Shown: positions 18,072-27,989 of the stretch, in pieces
Position numbering within the stretch: the stretch's first letter is position 1
Layout: each line of letters begins with the position of its first letter
DNA from: Clostridia bacterium
GTDB taxonomy: Bacteria; Bacillota; Clostridia; UMGS1840
Length of the DNA: 45,458 nucleotides
Reading direction: 5' to 3'
NCBI GenBank assembly: GCA_045580405.1
Contig: JAZNNT010000004.1
Span: forward strand, 1-45,458
Translations under genes and position numbers: made by a program
Notes under the pieces: generated by a model
What the model was told of the DNA's origin: nothing
What the model saw: only the letters and a program-made list of their open reading frames with translations
Database searches by the model: none

Positions 18072-18251
18072 TCTATAGTCCTCCTGTAAATGTCCCATGT
18101 GAAAAGCCTACAGATTAACTCTATTTTAACATATTTTTTCCACAAAGTAAAGAGAAAAATCCATATTTTCCGAAATTTTCCAATAGGGAAAAAGAAAGCA
18201 GCCAGATCGTTAAAAAAATCGTGCTTTTTCAACAAAAATGATGAAATTCTC

Positions 18252-18280
18252 TTGACTCGGCTACAAGATTGTGATAAACT
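18252..18280 (+). promoter_or_regulatory. Candidate promoter for the acyl-CoA synthetase/iorAB operon
   Basis: TTGACT (18252-18257), 17 nt, TGaTAAACT (18272-18280). This would give a ~150-nt leader. Confidence 0.4.
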
Positions 18281-18437
18281 GGAAATGATATGTTGGAGAG
18301 GTATCGATATGCCCTTTTCATCACGCAAAAACTTTGTACGCAAAAGCAGAGGCAGGGGCTGTAGTCACTGCCGGAATTTTTCAAAAAAGTTCACTGTCAG
18401 TCGGATAGATACTAATGAAAACGGAGGTAATTCCCCC

Positions 18438-20072
18438 ATGGTAATTACAGATTTTTTAGAACAAAACGAGCAGAAATTCCCCAATGATGTGGCACTGGTG
18501 GAAATTGTTCCCAATATCATTTCCAAGGCGAGAACCACCTGGAAGGAATATGCTTTAATTCCCCAAAACTCTGAAGAAAGCGGACGCCAGGAAATCACCT
18601 GGCAGGATTTTAACAGAAAGGCAAACCGTTTTGCCAATTTGCTGCTGTCCCGCGGGGTGAAAAAGGGGGACAAGGTTGCAATCCTTTTAATGAACTGCTT
18701 AGAATGGCTTCCCGTATATTTTGGAATCTTAAAAACAGGAGCGTTAGCTGTTCCCTTAAACTACCGTTATACTTCTGACGAAATTAAGTACTGCCTGGAG
18801 TTAGCTGAAGCAGATGTTTTAGTATTCGGGCCTGAATTTATCGGACGTGTAGAAGAAATCTGTGATGTGATTCCCCGTGTGAAACAATTATTCTATGTGG
18901 GAAAAGACTGCCCGTCTTTTGCAGAAAGCTATGATAATTTAGTAAACTATTGCACTTCCAGAACACCTGAGATTCCCTTAACTGCCGAAGATGATGCTGC
19001 TATCTATTTTTCTTCCGGAACCACGGGATTTCCCAAAGCGATTTTACATAATCACGAAAGCCTGATGCATGCTTGCTTAACCGAGCAGAACCATCATGGC
19101 CAGACCAAAGACGATGTGTTCCTCTGCATTCCCCCTCTGTATCACACCGGTGCGAAAATGCATTGGTTCGGATGCCTGGTGGTGGGAGCAAAATCCGTTC
19201 TCTTAAAAGGTGTAAAACCGGAATGGATTGTGCAAACTGCAGCAGACGAACAATGCTCCATCGTGTGGCTGCTGGTACCGTGGGCACAGGATATTTTAGA
19301 TGCCATTGATGCAGGAAGCATTAAAGTGGATGAAATGGATTTATCCCGTTGGAGACTGATGCATATCGGTGCACAGCCCGTTCCGCCCAGCTTAATTAAA
19401 CGCTGGAAAAAGGTGTTCCCCAACCATCAGTACGACACCAACTACGGCTTATCCGAATCCATCGGCCCCGGCTGCGTGCATTTGGGTGTGGAAAACATTC
19501 ATAAGGTCGGTGCTATCGGGAAAGCGGGCTATGGCTGGGAAGTGAAAATCGTGGACGAGCATGGCAACACCGTTGCCCGTGGCGAGGTTGGTGAGCTTGC
19601 TGTGAAGGGCCCCGGCGTAATGACCTGTTATTATAATGACGAAAAAGCAACCAACGATGTGTTAAAAGACGGATGGCTTTATACCGGCGATATGGCGCAG
19701 GAGGATGAAGACGGCTTTATCTTCTTGGTTGACCGTAAAAAAGATGTGATTATTTCCGGCGGTGAAAACTTGTATCCCGTTCAGATTGAAGATTTCATCC
19801 GCACCAACAATAAAGTGAAGGACGTAGCGGTTATCGGGTTACCCGATCCCAGACTGGGAGAAATGGCGGCAGCCATTATCGAGCTAAAAGAGGATGTCAG
19901 CTGCACCGAAGAAGAAATGGATACCTTTTGCAAAGCACTTCCCAAATACAAACGTCCCAGAAAGATTATTTTTGCCGAAGTACCCCGCAACCCCACCGGC
20001 AAAATTGAAAAACCCAAATTAAGAGAAATTTACTGTGGCGAAAGCTTAGTTGCCGCACAGAACGAAATATAG
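18438..20072 (+). CDS. AMP-dependent acyl-CoA synthetase/ligase (FadD-like, 544 aa)
   Basis: SSGTTGFPKA, YGLSE, GWLYTGD and PRNPTGKIEK adenylate-forming motifs. GGAGG lies before ATG 18438. The 116 upstream codons of the tracked ORF are non-coding read-through. Confidence 0.85.
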   Translation: MVITDFLEQNEQKFPNDVALVEIVPNIISKARTTWKEYALIPQNSEESGRQEITWQDFNRKANRFANLLLSRGVKKGDKVAILLMNCLEWLPVYFGILKTGALAVPLNYRYTSDEIKYCLELAEADVLVFGPEFIGRVEEICDVIPRVKQLFYVGKDCPSFAESYDNLVNYCTSRTPEIPLTAEDDAAIYFSSGTTGFPKAILHNHESLMHACLTEQNHHGQTKDDVFLCIPPLYHTGAKMHWFGCLVVGAKSVLLKGVKPEWIVQTAADEQCSIVWLLVPWAQDILDAIDAGSIKVDEMDLSRWRLMHIGAQPVPPSLIKRWKKVFPNHQYDTNYGLSESIGPGCVHLGVENIHKVGAIGKAGYGWEVKIVDEHGNTVARGEVGELAVKGPGVMTCYYNDEKATNDVLKDGWLYTGDMAQEDEDGFIFLVDRKKDVIISGGENLYPVQIEDFIRTNNKVKDVAVIGLPDPRLGEMAAAIIELKEDVSCTEEEMDTFCKALPKYKRPRKIIFAEVPRNPTGKIEKPKLREIYCGESLVAAQNEI

Positions 20073-20086
20073 GAGGCAAATGACAA

Positions 20087-21811
20087 ATGGCAAAACGACT
20101 GATGATTGGCAACGAAGCGGTTGCCAGAGGCTTATATGAAGCAGGAGTAACGGTGGTTTCCAGCTATCCGGGAACTCCTTCTACCGAAATCACCGAATTT
20201 GTGGCAAAATTTCCCGAAGTGGATGCAGAATGGGCAGCCAACGAAAAGGTGGCAATGGAGGTTGCCATCGGTGCGGCGGTGTCCGGCGCACGTTCCTTCT
20301 GTGCCATGAAGCACGTTGGCTTAAACGTGGCGGCTGACCCCTTATTCACCGTGTCCTACACCGGCGTGAACGGTGGCTTGGTGATTGGTGTTGCCGATGA
20401 CCCGGGGATGCATTCCTCTCAGAATGAGCAGGATTCCCGTAATTATGCCAATGCGGCAAAGGTGACCATGTTAGAACCTGCCGACAGCGCAGAATGTAAG
20501 GAATATGCCAAATTGGCATATGAAATTTCAGAAACCTTTGATACGCCCGTACTACTTCGATTAACCACCAGAATTGCACATTCTCAGTCCATTGTGGAAG
20601 AATGTGACCGTGTGGAGGTTCCTTTAAAAGAATATACCAAGGATGCCATGAAATACGTTATGATGCCCGGAATGGCGAAAAAACGCCGTGTGGTGATTGA
20701 AGGCAGAAAAGAAAAGCTGGTAGAATATGCAGAAACCTCCGGGATTAACAGAATGGAACTAAACGACACCAAAATCGGTATCATTACCGCAGGTGCTCCT
20801 TATCAGTATGCCAAGGAATCCTTCCCGGAAGCGTCCTACTTAAAATTAGGGATGCTCTGGCCGTTACCCGTTGATTTAATCAAAGAATTTGCAAGTAAAG
20901 TAGACAAGCTTTATGTTTTGGAGGAGTTAGACCCCTACATTGAAAACCACATCAAAGCATTGGGCATCGAAGTGCACGGAAAAGATACCTTCTCCATGTT
21001 TGGTGAATTTTCCAACGTGTCTGTAAGAGAAGCAATCTCCGGCAAAAAGGATGAGGAAACCTATCCCGACCACAACCCGCCCGTAAGACCTCCCGTGATG
21101 TGTCCCGGCTGTCCTCACAGAGGTATTTTCTATGTGTTATCCAAGCTGAAGCTGACTGTTTCCGGTGACATTGGTTGCTATACCTTAGGTGCAGCAGCAC
21201 CTCTTAGTGCCATCGATATGTGCGTATGTATGGGTGCCTCCATCAGTGCGGCACACGGAATTTCCAAAGCAAATCCCGAGCTTTCCAAGAAAACCGTAGC
21301 GGTAATTGGGGATTCCACCTTTATGCATTCCGGTATGACCGGTCTTGCCTCCACCGCATACAACAAGGGCACCTCCACCGTTATCATTTTAGATAACTCC
21401 ATCACCGGTATGACCGGCCATCAGCAGAATCCCACCACCGGTAAAACCTTAAAAGGCGAACCCACCGTGGCGGTGAATTTAGAGAAGCTGGCAGAAGCCT
21501 TCGGCTATACCAGAATCAAAGTGGTTGACCCCTTTAACGTGGAAGAATGCGAACGGGTCATCAAAGAAGAAATTTCTGTGGAAGAACCGTCCTTAATTAT
21601 TGCACGCCGTCCCTGTGTGCTGTTAAAAGGCGTGAAATACGATTTTGACGTAAACATTCAGAAAGACAAATGCAAAAACTGCAAAATGTGTATGAAAATC
21701 GGATGTCCGGCTATTTCTATTGTAGACGGCAAACCCGAAATCAATAAAACCTTATGCACCAACTGCGGACTTTGCAAAAATATCTGTAAATTTGATGCCA
21801 TTACTCTGTAA
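20087..21811 (+). CDS. iorA: Indolepyruvate:ferredoxin oxidoreductase, alpha subunit
   Basis: 574 aa with a TPP-binding region and two C-terminal 4Fe-4S motifs (CKNCKMCMKIGCP, CTNCGLCKNIC). Followed by a small gamma-type subunit. Confidence 0.88.
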   Translation: MAKRLMIGNEAVARGLYEAGVTVVSSYPGTPSTEITEFVAKFPEVDAEWAANEKVAMEVAIGAAVSGARSFCAMKHVGLNVAADPLFTVSYTGVNGGLVIGVADDPGMHSSQNEQDSRNYANAAKVTMLEPADSAECKEYAKLAYEISETFDTPVLLRLTTRIAHSQSIVEECDRVEVPLKEYTKDAMKYVMMPGMAKKRRVVIEGRKEKLVEYAETSGINRMELNDTKIGIITAGAPYQYAKESFPEASYLKLGMLWPLPVDLIKEFASKVDKLYVLEELDPYIENHIKALGIEVHGKDTFSMFGEFSNVSVREAISGKKDEETYPDHNPPVRPPVMCPGCPHRGIFYVLSKLKLTVSGDIGCYTLGAAAPLSAIDMCVCMGASISAAHGISKANPELSKKTVAVIGDSTFMHSGMTGLASTAYNKGTSTVIILDNSITGMTGHQQNPTTGKTLKGEPTVAVNLEKLAEAFGYTRIKVVDPFNVEECERVIKEEISVEEPSLIIARRPCVLLKGVKYDFDVNIQKDKCKNCKMCMKIGCPAISIVDGKPEINKTLCTNCGLCKNICKFDAITL

Positions 21812-21825
21812 GAGAGGGGGAGAAT

Positions 21826-22401
21826 ATGATGAACACAAAATCCATTATGATTGTAGGCGTTGGCGGACAGGGTACCTTACTTGCCAGCAGAATTTTAGGA
21901 AACTTAGCGATTCAGAAAGGTTATGACGTAAAAGTGTCGGAAGTGCATGGCATGAGCCAGCGTGGCGGCAGCGTGGTGACCTATGTAAAATACGGTGAAA
22001 AGGTTCACTCTCCCGTGATTTGCCAGGGAGAAGCAGATATTATCATTTCCTTTGAAGAATTGGAAGCTCTCCGTTGGCTGCCCTACCTAAAAAAAGGCGG
22101 TAAGCTGATTACCAATGTGCAAAAGATTATGCCCATGCCGGTGATTATCGGTGCAGCAGAATATCCTTCTGATATTTTAGAAACGCTGCAAAAAGAAGAA
22201 GTGGACTTAGTTGCCGTAAACGCTTTGGAAATTGCAGAATCTGTTTTAAATTCCAAGGTTACCAATGTGGTACTCTTAGGCGTTTTAGCAAAATATCTGG
22301 AATTTGATAAGCAGGACTGGGTGGATGCTGTGCTGTCCACCGTTCCCGAAAAATTCCGTGATGCAAACGAAAAGGCATTCTTACAGGGTTACGAGCAGTA
22401 A
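21826..22401 (+). CDS. iorB: Indolepyruvate:ferredoxin oxidoreductase, beta subunit
   Basis: IMIVGVGGQGTLLASRILG...MSQRGGSV (pyruvate/ketoisovalerate oxidoreductase gamma-type domain). Confidence 0.85.
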   Translation: MMNTKSIMIVGVGGQGTLLASRILGNLAIQKGYDVKVSEVHGMSQRGGSVVTYVKYGEKVHSPVICQGEADIIISFEELEALRWLPYLKKGGKLITNVQKIMPMPVIIGAAEYPSDILETLQKEEVDLVAVNALEIAESVLNSKVTNVVLLGVLAKYLEFDKQDWVDAVLSTVPEKFRDANEKAFLQGYEQ

Positions 22402-22419
22402 TTGAATGAGGCGAAATAT

Positions 22420-23274
22420 ATGAATGTGAAACGGTTTTGGAAAACCTTTGTAGTTTGTTTTTTAATTGAAATTATCCTGGTAGCAGTGATCGGCGGTTTT
22501 ATGCTGATGAACTATAACTTGGGAGGCGGACGGGATTTGTCCTCTTTGTCGGTTGCAACAGACGGAGAGGTTCGTAACGTTGCCATTTTCGGTACTGATA
22601 AAAGCGGACTTCGTTCGGATGTCATTATGATTTTGTCGGTGTATCCCGATAAGGACACATTAAGTCTGATGTCTGTTCCCAGAGACACCAAGGTGCTAAT
22701 CGGCCGCTCCTCCCAGAAAATTAATGCAGCGCTGTCCATCGGAGGCGACGAGCTGGCAGTTCAGACCGTGAAGGACTTACTGGCGATTGATATTCACGAC
22801 TATGCGGTGGTGAATTTTGAAGCGGTGGAAACCATCATTGACCGTTTGGGCGGTATTCGGTTTGATGTGCCTTGTAATATGTATTACAATGATCCCGATC
22901 AGGACCTTTATATCAACATCAAAAAGGGCGAGCAGCTTTTAGATGGAGAAGATTCTGTAAAAGTGCTCAGATTCCGCAGCTATCCCATGGGAGATTTGCA
23001 ACGAAATCAGGTGCAGCAGGACTTCTTCAAAGCTGCATTTGAGCAAAAATTTCAGGCATATTACATCAGCAAGGTACCTGAAATTTACGGTGTAATCAAT
23101 CAGGGTGTGCGTTCCAGTATGAACTTAAATGAAATTTTAAGTTACTTAAATGCCATTTCCGCAATGGACGGTTGCACGGTGCAGACCTTTGAATTGCCCG
23201 TTACCATTTCGGACCCGTATGTGTTGATCAACCGCAACGAGGCAGAAGTTATTTTAGACGAATTTTTCCGTTAA
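22420..23274 (+). CDS. LytR-CpsA-Psr (LCP) family cell-envelope phosphotransferase
   Basis: N-terminal TM helix, then NVAIFGTDKSGLRSDVIMILSV...LMSVPRDT. Start taken at ATG 22420. Confidence 0.85.
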   Translation: MNVKRFWKTFVVCFLIEIILVAVIGGFMLMNYNLGGGRDLSSLSVATDGEVRNVAIFGTDKSGLRSDVIMILSVYPDKDTLSLMSVPRDTKVLIGRSSQKINAALSIGGDELAVQTVKDLLAIDIHDYAVVNFEAVETIIDRLGGIRFDVPCNMYYNDPDQDLYINIKKGEQLLDGEDSVKVLRFRSYPMGDLQRNQVQQDFFKAAFEQKFQAYYISKVPEIYGVINQGVRSSMNLNEILSYLNAISAMDGCTVQTFELPVTISDPYVLINRNEAEVILDEFFR

Positions 23275-23359
23275 ATTTTCGTTTACTTTTTCATAGGAGC
23301 ATAGAAAACGAAAGTGGGGACTTAAAACGCCCTGCTTTCGGTTTTCGTTTATTTATAAG

Positions 23360-23986
23360 ATGATGATAAAGCTGATTTTTAAGCCGCAAATCAAGCGAAA
23401 AAACCGTTTTTCTGTATTTTTGGAGGACAATTATTTGTTTTCCATTTCTGCCTATACTCATCGGAAGCTTGTGGGTGGGAATGAAAAGCTGGTAGAAAGT
23501 GTGGAGGCATTTCAAAAAGAATGTGTATTTCCCGAGCAATATGATTACTGCCTGGGTCTTTTATCCCGCAGAATGTATTCCAAAAAAGAACTGTGGGAGA
23601 AACTGAAGCTTCGCGGCTGCCCCCAGAATATTGCCGAAGAAATCTTAGAAAAATTAGAAGAAAACGGCTATATATCTGACGAAAATTATCGGGAACAGTT
23701 TTTATATTCCCGAACGACTTATAAAAAACAGGGCTTTTATAAAACAAAGCAGGAGCTTTTGGCAAAAGGCATTTCCTTAGATGCCCAAAGCTATGATTTT
23801 GAGACAGAACGAAACAACTTAAAAGAGCAGATTGCTCTTTTGGTTGCAAAACAGATTGATACCAAGAAAATATACAGTCGGCTGATGAGAAAAGGCTACC
23901 GCTTTTCTGATATTTCGGATTGTTTAAAACACCTTTCTTGCGACACTTTGGCGGAAGAAAGCTATGAGGAAGATGATAATGCCTAA
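23360..23986 (+). CDS. recX: Recombination regulator RecX
   Basis: Repeated three-helix modules: YSKKELWEKLKLRGCPQNIAEEILEKLEENGYISDENYREQFL. The start codon is uncertain (no clear RBS). Confidence 0.75.
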   Translation: MMIKLIFKPQIKRKNRFSVFLEDNYLFSISAYTHRKLVGGNEKLVESVEAFQKECVFPEQYDYCLGLLSRRMYSKKELWEKLKLRGCPQNIAEEILEKLEENGYISDENYREQFLYSRTTYKKQGFYKTKQELLAKGISLDAQSYDFETERNNLKEQIALLVAKQIDTKKIYSRLMRKGYRFSDISDCLKHLSCDTLAEESYEEDDNA

Positions 23987-25295
23987 GATTTTATGGATTC
24001 AACTTGGCTGCTCCAAAAATAAGGTGGACGGCGAGGTCATGATTACGAACCTGCAAAACGCAGGGTATCAGATGGTGGACAACGAGGAGGATGCCGATGT
24101 AATCATCATCAATACCTGCGGGTTTATTAAGTCTGCCAAAGAAGAAGCCATTTCCGAAATTTTAAATGCAGCCTCCTACGGCAAAAAAGTGCTGGTAACA
24201 GGCTGTTTATCTCAGCGTTATCAGGAAGAAATTTTAGAGAGTTTCCCTGAAGTGGACGGCGTTTTGGGGATTTTTGATACCTGCCATATCGGAGAGGCAG
24301 TTTCCCGTGTGTTAAGCGGCGAAAAGGTTTCTTATTTTTCTAAAAAAGAAGAACAAGAACCCAGGTTTTGCGACCGTGTGTTGACCACGCCGTTTTATTA
24401 TGCTTTCTTAAAAATTGCAGACGGCTGCAGCAACGGCTGTTCCTATTGTGCCATTCCAAAAATCCGCGGAAAATATGTGAGCCGAAGGATGGAATCCATT
24501 GTGGAGGAAGCCCAATGGATGGGGTCGCAGGGAGTGAGTGAGCTCATCGTGATTGCCCAGGATACCACTCGATACGGATTGGATTTATATGGGGAAAACC
24601 GTTTGGTACCCCTTCTTGCCGAGTTAGAGAAAATTGAAGGAATCCGTTGGATTCGTCTACACTATCTCTATCCCGAATCTGTTACGGATGAGTTGTTGGA
24701 TATGATTTCTCATTCCAAAAAAATTCTGCCTTATTTTGATATTCCCATTCAGCACTGTAACAACAGAATTTTAGGCTTAATGAATCGCCGCACCAATAAG
24801 GAAGAAATTCTAAATTTACTTCATAAAATTAAAGCGAAGATGCCGGATGCTTCCATCCGCACCTCCTTAATCAGCGGATTTCCGTCGGAAACCGTGGAGG
24901 AACATGCACAGCTGGTTTCCTTTGTCAAGCAAGGCTTCTTCGACCGTTTGGGCGTGTTTCCCTATTCCACCGAGGAAGGCACCCGTGCCGCCCGGATTAC
25001 GGGGAAGATAAAAACCAGCGAAAAGAACCGCCGTGCCAACGAAATTATGAAATTGTCCGCACAGATATCCTTGCAGAAAAATAAGCAGAAAATCGGCAAA
25101 ACCTACACCGTTTTGGTGGAGGGGATAGATACCGTGAACCAAGTGTATTTCGGCAGAACCTATATGGATTCTCCCGAAATTGACGGCACCGTTTACTTTG
25201 AAGCGGATTTTCCCGTGGATATCGGGGAATATATTACTGTAGAAATTACCGGCTGTGACCATTATGATTTATCGGGCACCGCCGTGAAAGGATAA
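23979..25295 (+). CDS. rimO: Ribosomal protein S12 methylthiotransferase
   Basis: MTTase N-domain LGCSKNKVDGE...NTCGFI, radical-SAM CSNGCSYCAIP and a C-terminal TRAM domain. The start could be 23964, 23973 or 23979. Confidence 0.8.
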   Translation: MPKILWIQLGCSKNKVDGEVMITNLQNAGYQMVDNEEDADVIIINTCGFIKSAKEEAISEILNAASYGKKVLVTGCLSQRYQEEILESFPEVDGVLGIFDTCHIGEAVSRVLSGEKVSYFSKKEEQEPRFCDRVLTTPFYYAFLKIADGCSNGCSYCAIPKIRGKYVSRRMESIVEEAQWMGSQGVSELIVIAQDTTRYGLDLYGENRLVPLLAELEKIEGIRWIRLHYLYPESVTDELLDMISHSKKILPYFDIPIQHCNNRILGLMNRRTNKEEILNLLHKIKAKMPDASIRTSLISGFPSETVEEHAQLVSFVKQGFFDRLGVFPYSTEEGTRAARITGKIKTSEKNRRANEIMKLSAQISLQKNKQKIGKTYTVLVEGIDTVNQVYFGRTYMDSPEIDGTVYFEADFPVDIGEYITVEITGCDHYDLSGTAVKG

Positions 25296-25300
25296 AGCTT

Positions 25301-26023
25301 ATGTATCACATTGAAGTGGAAACCCACAGCCACACCATTGTCAGCAAACATGCATACTCCACCCTGCAGGAAAATGTAAAGGCAACCATTGATGCAGGGA
25401 TGCGGGGACTTTGTATGACCAACCACGCACCTGCCATTCCCGATGCGCCGGGAGAAGTGCATTTTACCTGTCTGAAGTATCTGCCCGATGAGATTGACGG
25501 TATCCGTTTTTTCAAAGGGGCAGAAGCCAATATTATTGATTACAAGGGCGGGCTGGATTTGCCAAACACCGTTCTTGCCATGCTGGACTGGGTCATTGCC
25601 TCCATTCACGGACCTTGTCTTCCCAAAGGCAGTGTGCAGGACATCACCGAAACCTATCTTCGGGTGTTGGAAAATCCTTATGTGCATTGTATCGGTCATA
25701 TGGGGCAAACAAATTATCTTTGCGATTTTGAGGCTGTGGTAAAACAAGCAAAAGAACAGAATAAAATTATAGAATTAAATAACCATTCTTTAGAAGGCAT
25801 CCGTCCCGGCTCCAAAGAATTATGCACGAAAGTGGCAAAGCTTTGCAAACAATACGGTACCCGTGTTGCCGTGTCCTCCGATGCCCATTATTCCGGCTGT
25901 ATCGGAAACTATAAGCTGGTTTTTGAAATGCTTCGGGAAGTGGATTTCCCCGAGGAGTTGATTGTAAACGCCACTTTGGAACGGTTTTTAGCCTATTTAA
26001 AAGAAATGAAATCCAAATTTTAG
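25301..26023 (+). CDS. PHP-domain phosphatase, YcdX-like
   Basis: Aligns by eye with E. coli YcdX along its length (HSHT..SKHAYSTL, GAEANI, SIHGP, HCIGHMG, ELNN, SSDAH). Confidence 0.85.
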   Translation: MYHIEVETHSHTIVSKHAYSTLQENVKATIDAGMRGLCMTNHAPAIPDAPGEVHFTCLKYLPDEIDGIRFFKGAEANIIDYKGGLDLPNTVLAMLDWVIASIHGPCLPKGSVQDITETYLRVLENPYVHCIGHMGQTNYLCDFEAVVKQAKEQNKIIELNNHSLEGIRPGSKELCTKVAKLCKQYGTRVAVSSDAHYSGCIGNYKLVFEMLREVDFPEELIVNATLERFLAYLKEMKSKF

Positions 26024-26044
26024 CAAGCTTGGGAGGAACAGACG

Positions 26045-26995
26045 ATGAAATATTATTTGGGTGTAGATTTAGGCGGTACCAATATTAAAGCAGGAATTAC
26101 CGATGAAGAGGGAAATCTCCTTTTAAAAACTTCTATCAGAACCGACTCGTCAGGCGATGCCAATAAAATTGCCGAGCAGATGATTGATCTTTGCTATAGC
26201 TTATCCAGAAAAGCTAATATTCCCATGGACGACATTTATGCCGTCGGTGTGGGGATTCCCGGCACCGTAGATGCGGAAAAAGGAAAGGTTATCTATTGCA
26301 ATAACTTAAATATGGACGGTGCTCCCATCGGTGCCATGATGCAGGAAAAATTGAAAAAACCCGTACATTTGGCAAACGATGCGAGCTGTGCCGCATTGGG
26401 TGAATTTGTGTGCGGCAGCGGCAGAGAATATAATTCCATTATTTTAGTGACCTTAGGCACAGGTGTCGGCGGCGGTATTATTTTAGACGGCAAACTCTGG
26501 GAGGGGCTGGAGGGCGCAGGAGCCGAAATCGGCCATATGGTCATCCATGTTGGCGGTGCAGAATGTTCTTGTGGCAGACACGGCTGTTTTGAAGCTTATT
26601 CCTCTGCAACCGCTCTGGTCAACCAGACAAAGGCCGCCATGGAACAACATCCTGAAAGCCTGCTGCATACCATTGTGGGAAAATCAGGAAAGATCAGTGC
26701 AAAAACTGCCTTTGATGCTATGAAAAAAGGGGACAAGGTCGCCAAAGAGGTGGTGGATAACTATATTCATTACTTATCCGAAGGGGTTGCCAATTTAATC
26801 AATATTTTTGCACCCGAAGCCATTATTTTAGGGGGCGGTGTGTGTAATGAGGGGGACACCTTGCTCACTCCCTTAAAAGAACAGATTATCCCCAAATGCT
26901 ATGGCGGTGACCTGATTCATCACGCTAAAGTTTCCATTGCCAGATTAGGCAACGATGCAGGCCTAATTGGTGCTGCAATGCTCTTTCGGGCATAG
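26045..26995 (+). CDS. glcK: ROK-family glucokinase
   Basis: LGVDLGGTNIKAG, LANDASCAALGE and GHMVI...CSCGRHGCFE (ROK zinc motif). Confidence 0.8.
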   Translation: MKYYLGVDLGGTNIKAGITDEEGNLLLKTSIRTDSSGDANKIAEQMIDLCYSLSRKANIPMDDIYAVGVGIPGTVDAEKGKVIYCNNLNMDGAPIGAMMQEKLKKPVHLANDASCAALGEFVCGSGREYNSIILVTLGTGVGGGIILDGKLWEGLEGAGAEIGHMVIHVGGAECSCGRHGCFEAYSSATALVNQTKAAMEQHPESLLHTIVGKSGKISAKTAFDAMKKGDKVAKEVVDNYIHYLSEGVANLINIFAPEAIILGGGVCNEGDTLLTPLKEQIIPKCYGGDLIHHAKVSIARLGNDAGLIGAAMLFRA

Positions 26996-27053
26996 AAATC
27001 ATAGCTGCAGCATAAATCTACTAAGAAAAGAACCCCGAAAGGAGTTTCTTCCT

Positions 27054-27965
27054 ATGAAAAAGAAATTAGAAGCGCTTTGCTCCACCGTGTTGGCAGAGGA
27101 GCCAATGTCCCGGCATACCACCTTTAAAATCGGTGGTCCCTGCGACTATATGGTGTTGCCAAGAACCGTGGAAGAAGTGACAAATATTTTAGCCTTTGCC
27201 AAAGAACAGGGCATCCGTGTGACCGTTTTGGGAAACGGCTCCAATCTGCTGGTGGCAGATGACGGTGTTGACGGCATTGTGTTAAAAACCACGGAGTTAA
27301 AAACAATTTCCGTTCACGGAAATGAAATCACCGCCGAGGCAGGTGCAAGACTTTCTACCCTGTGTGAAGTTGCCAAGGAACACAGCTTAGGCGGAATGGC
27401 GGAGCTTTCCGGCATTCCCGGTACCGTTGGCGGCGGCGTGTATATGAATGCAGGTGCCTACGGCGGCGAAATTTGCGATACTTTGGTAAGCTCTGTCTAT
27501 CTTGATGAAGAGAACCAACTAAAAACCCTGTCCGCCCAAGCACACGAGCTATCTTACCGGCATAGTGTGTTTCATCATCATCCCAAGTGGGTGATTTTAG
27601 AAAGCAAATTTTGTTTCACGCCTGCCAACCGTGACGAGCTGCATGAAAAAACCGTGGAGCTGCTGAAAAAACGAAATGAAAAACAACCCTTGGAATACCC
27701 CAACGCAGGAAGCACTTTTAAACGTCCCGAAGGCTATTTTGCAGGGAAACTGATTGAAGATGCAGGGCTTCGAGGCTTTTCGGTGGGAGGCGCTCAGGTA
27801 TCCGAGAAGCATTGCGGTTTTGTGATTAACAAAGCAGACGCCACCGCAGAAGACGTGAAAAACCTCATTGCAGAGGTAAGGGCGTGTGTTTTCCAAAAAT
27901 TTGGCGTTACTTTGGAAGCGGAAATCCGTTATTTAAAACGAAATTTCCCCGATGCAGTATTATAA
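27054..27965 (+). CDS. murB: UDP-N-acetylenolpyruvoylglucosamine reductase
   Basis: MSRHTTFKIGGP, LGNGSNLL, PNAGSTFKRP and GGAQVSEKHCGFVIN. GGAG RBS before ATG 27054. The ORF-track extension to 26967 overlaps glcK. Confidence 0.92.
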   Translation: MKKKLEALCSTVLAEEPMSRHTTFKIGGPCDYMVLPRTVEEVTNILAFAKEQGIRVTVLGNGSNLLVADDGVDGIVLKTTELKTISVHGNEITAEAGARLSTLCEVAKEHSLGGMAELSGIPGTVGGGVYMNAGAYGGEICDTLVSSVYLDEENQLKTLSAQAHELSYRHSVFHHHPKWVILESKFCFTPANRDELHEKTVELLKKRNEKQPLEYPNAGSTFKRPEGYFAGKLIEDAGLRGFSVGGAQVSEKHCGFVINKADATAEDVKNLIAEVRACVFQKFGVTLEAEIRYLKRNFPDAVL

Positions 27966-27989
27966 ACACTCTGAACAAGGAGAATGGAT

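Noticed and set aside
18090-18437. 116-codon N-terminal extension of the acyl-CoA synthetase ORF
   Set aside because: The extension runs through the carD promoter region and an obvious -35/-10 pair. It has no homology-like features. The conserved ligase N-terminus begins at ATG 18438, which has a GGAGG RBS.
25262-25747. 161-aa ORF antisense to the YcdX-like phosphatase gene
   Set aside because: The sense-strand product aligns convincingly with YcdX along its length. The antisense ORF has no start signals.
26967-27053. N-terminal extensions of murB (26967), efp (33502), nadA (14041), tetR (34880), rbr (43439), the lipoprotein (32402) and the FDP (41187) in the ORF track
   Set aside because: In each case the extension covers a recognisable promoter or the preceding gene's end. 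A canonical RBS precedes an internal ATG that matches the conserved protein N-terminus.
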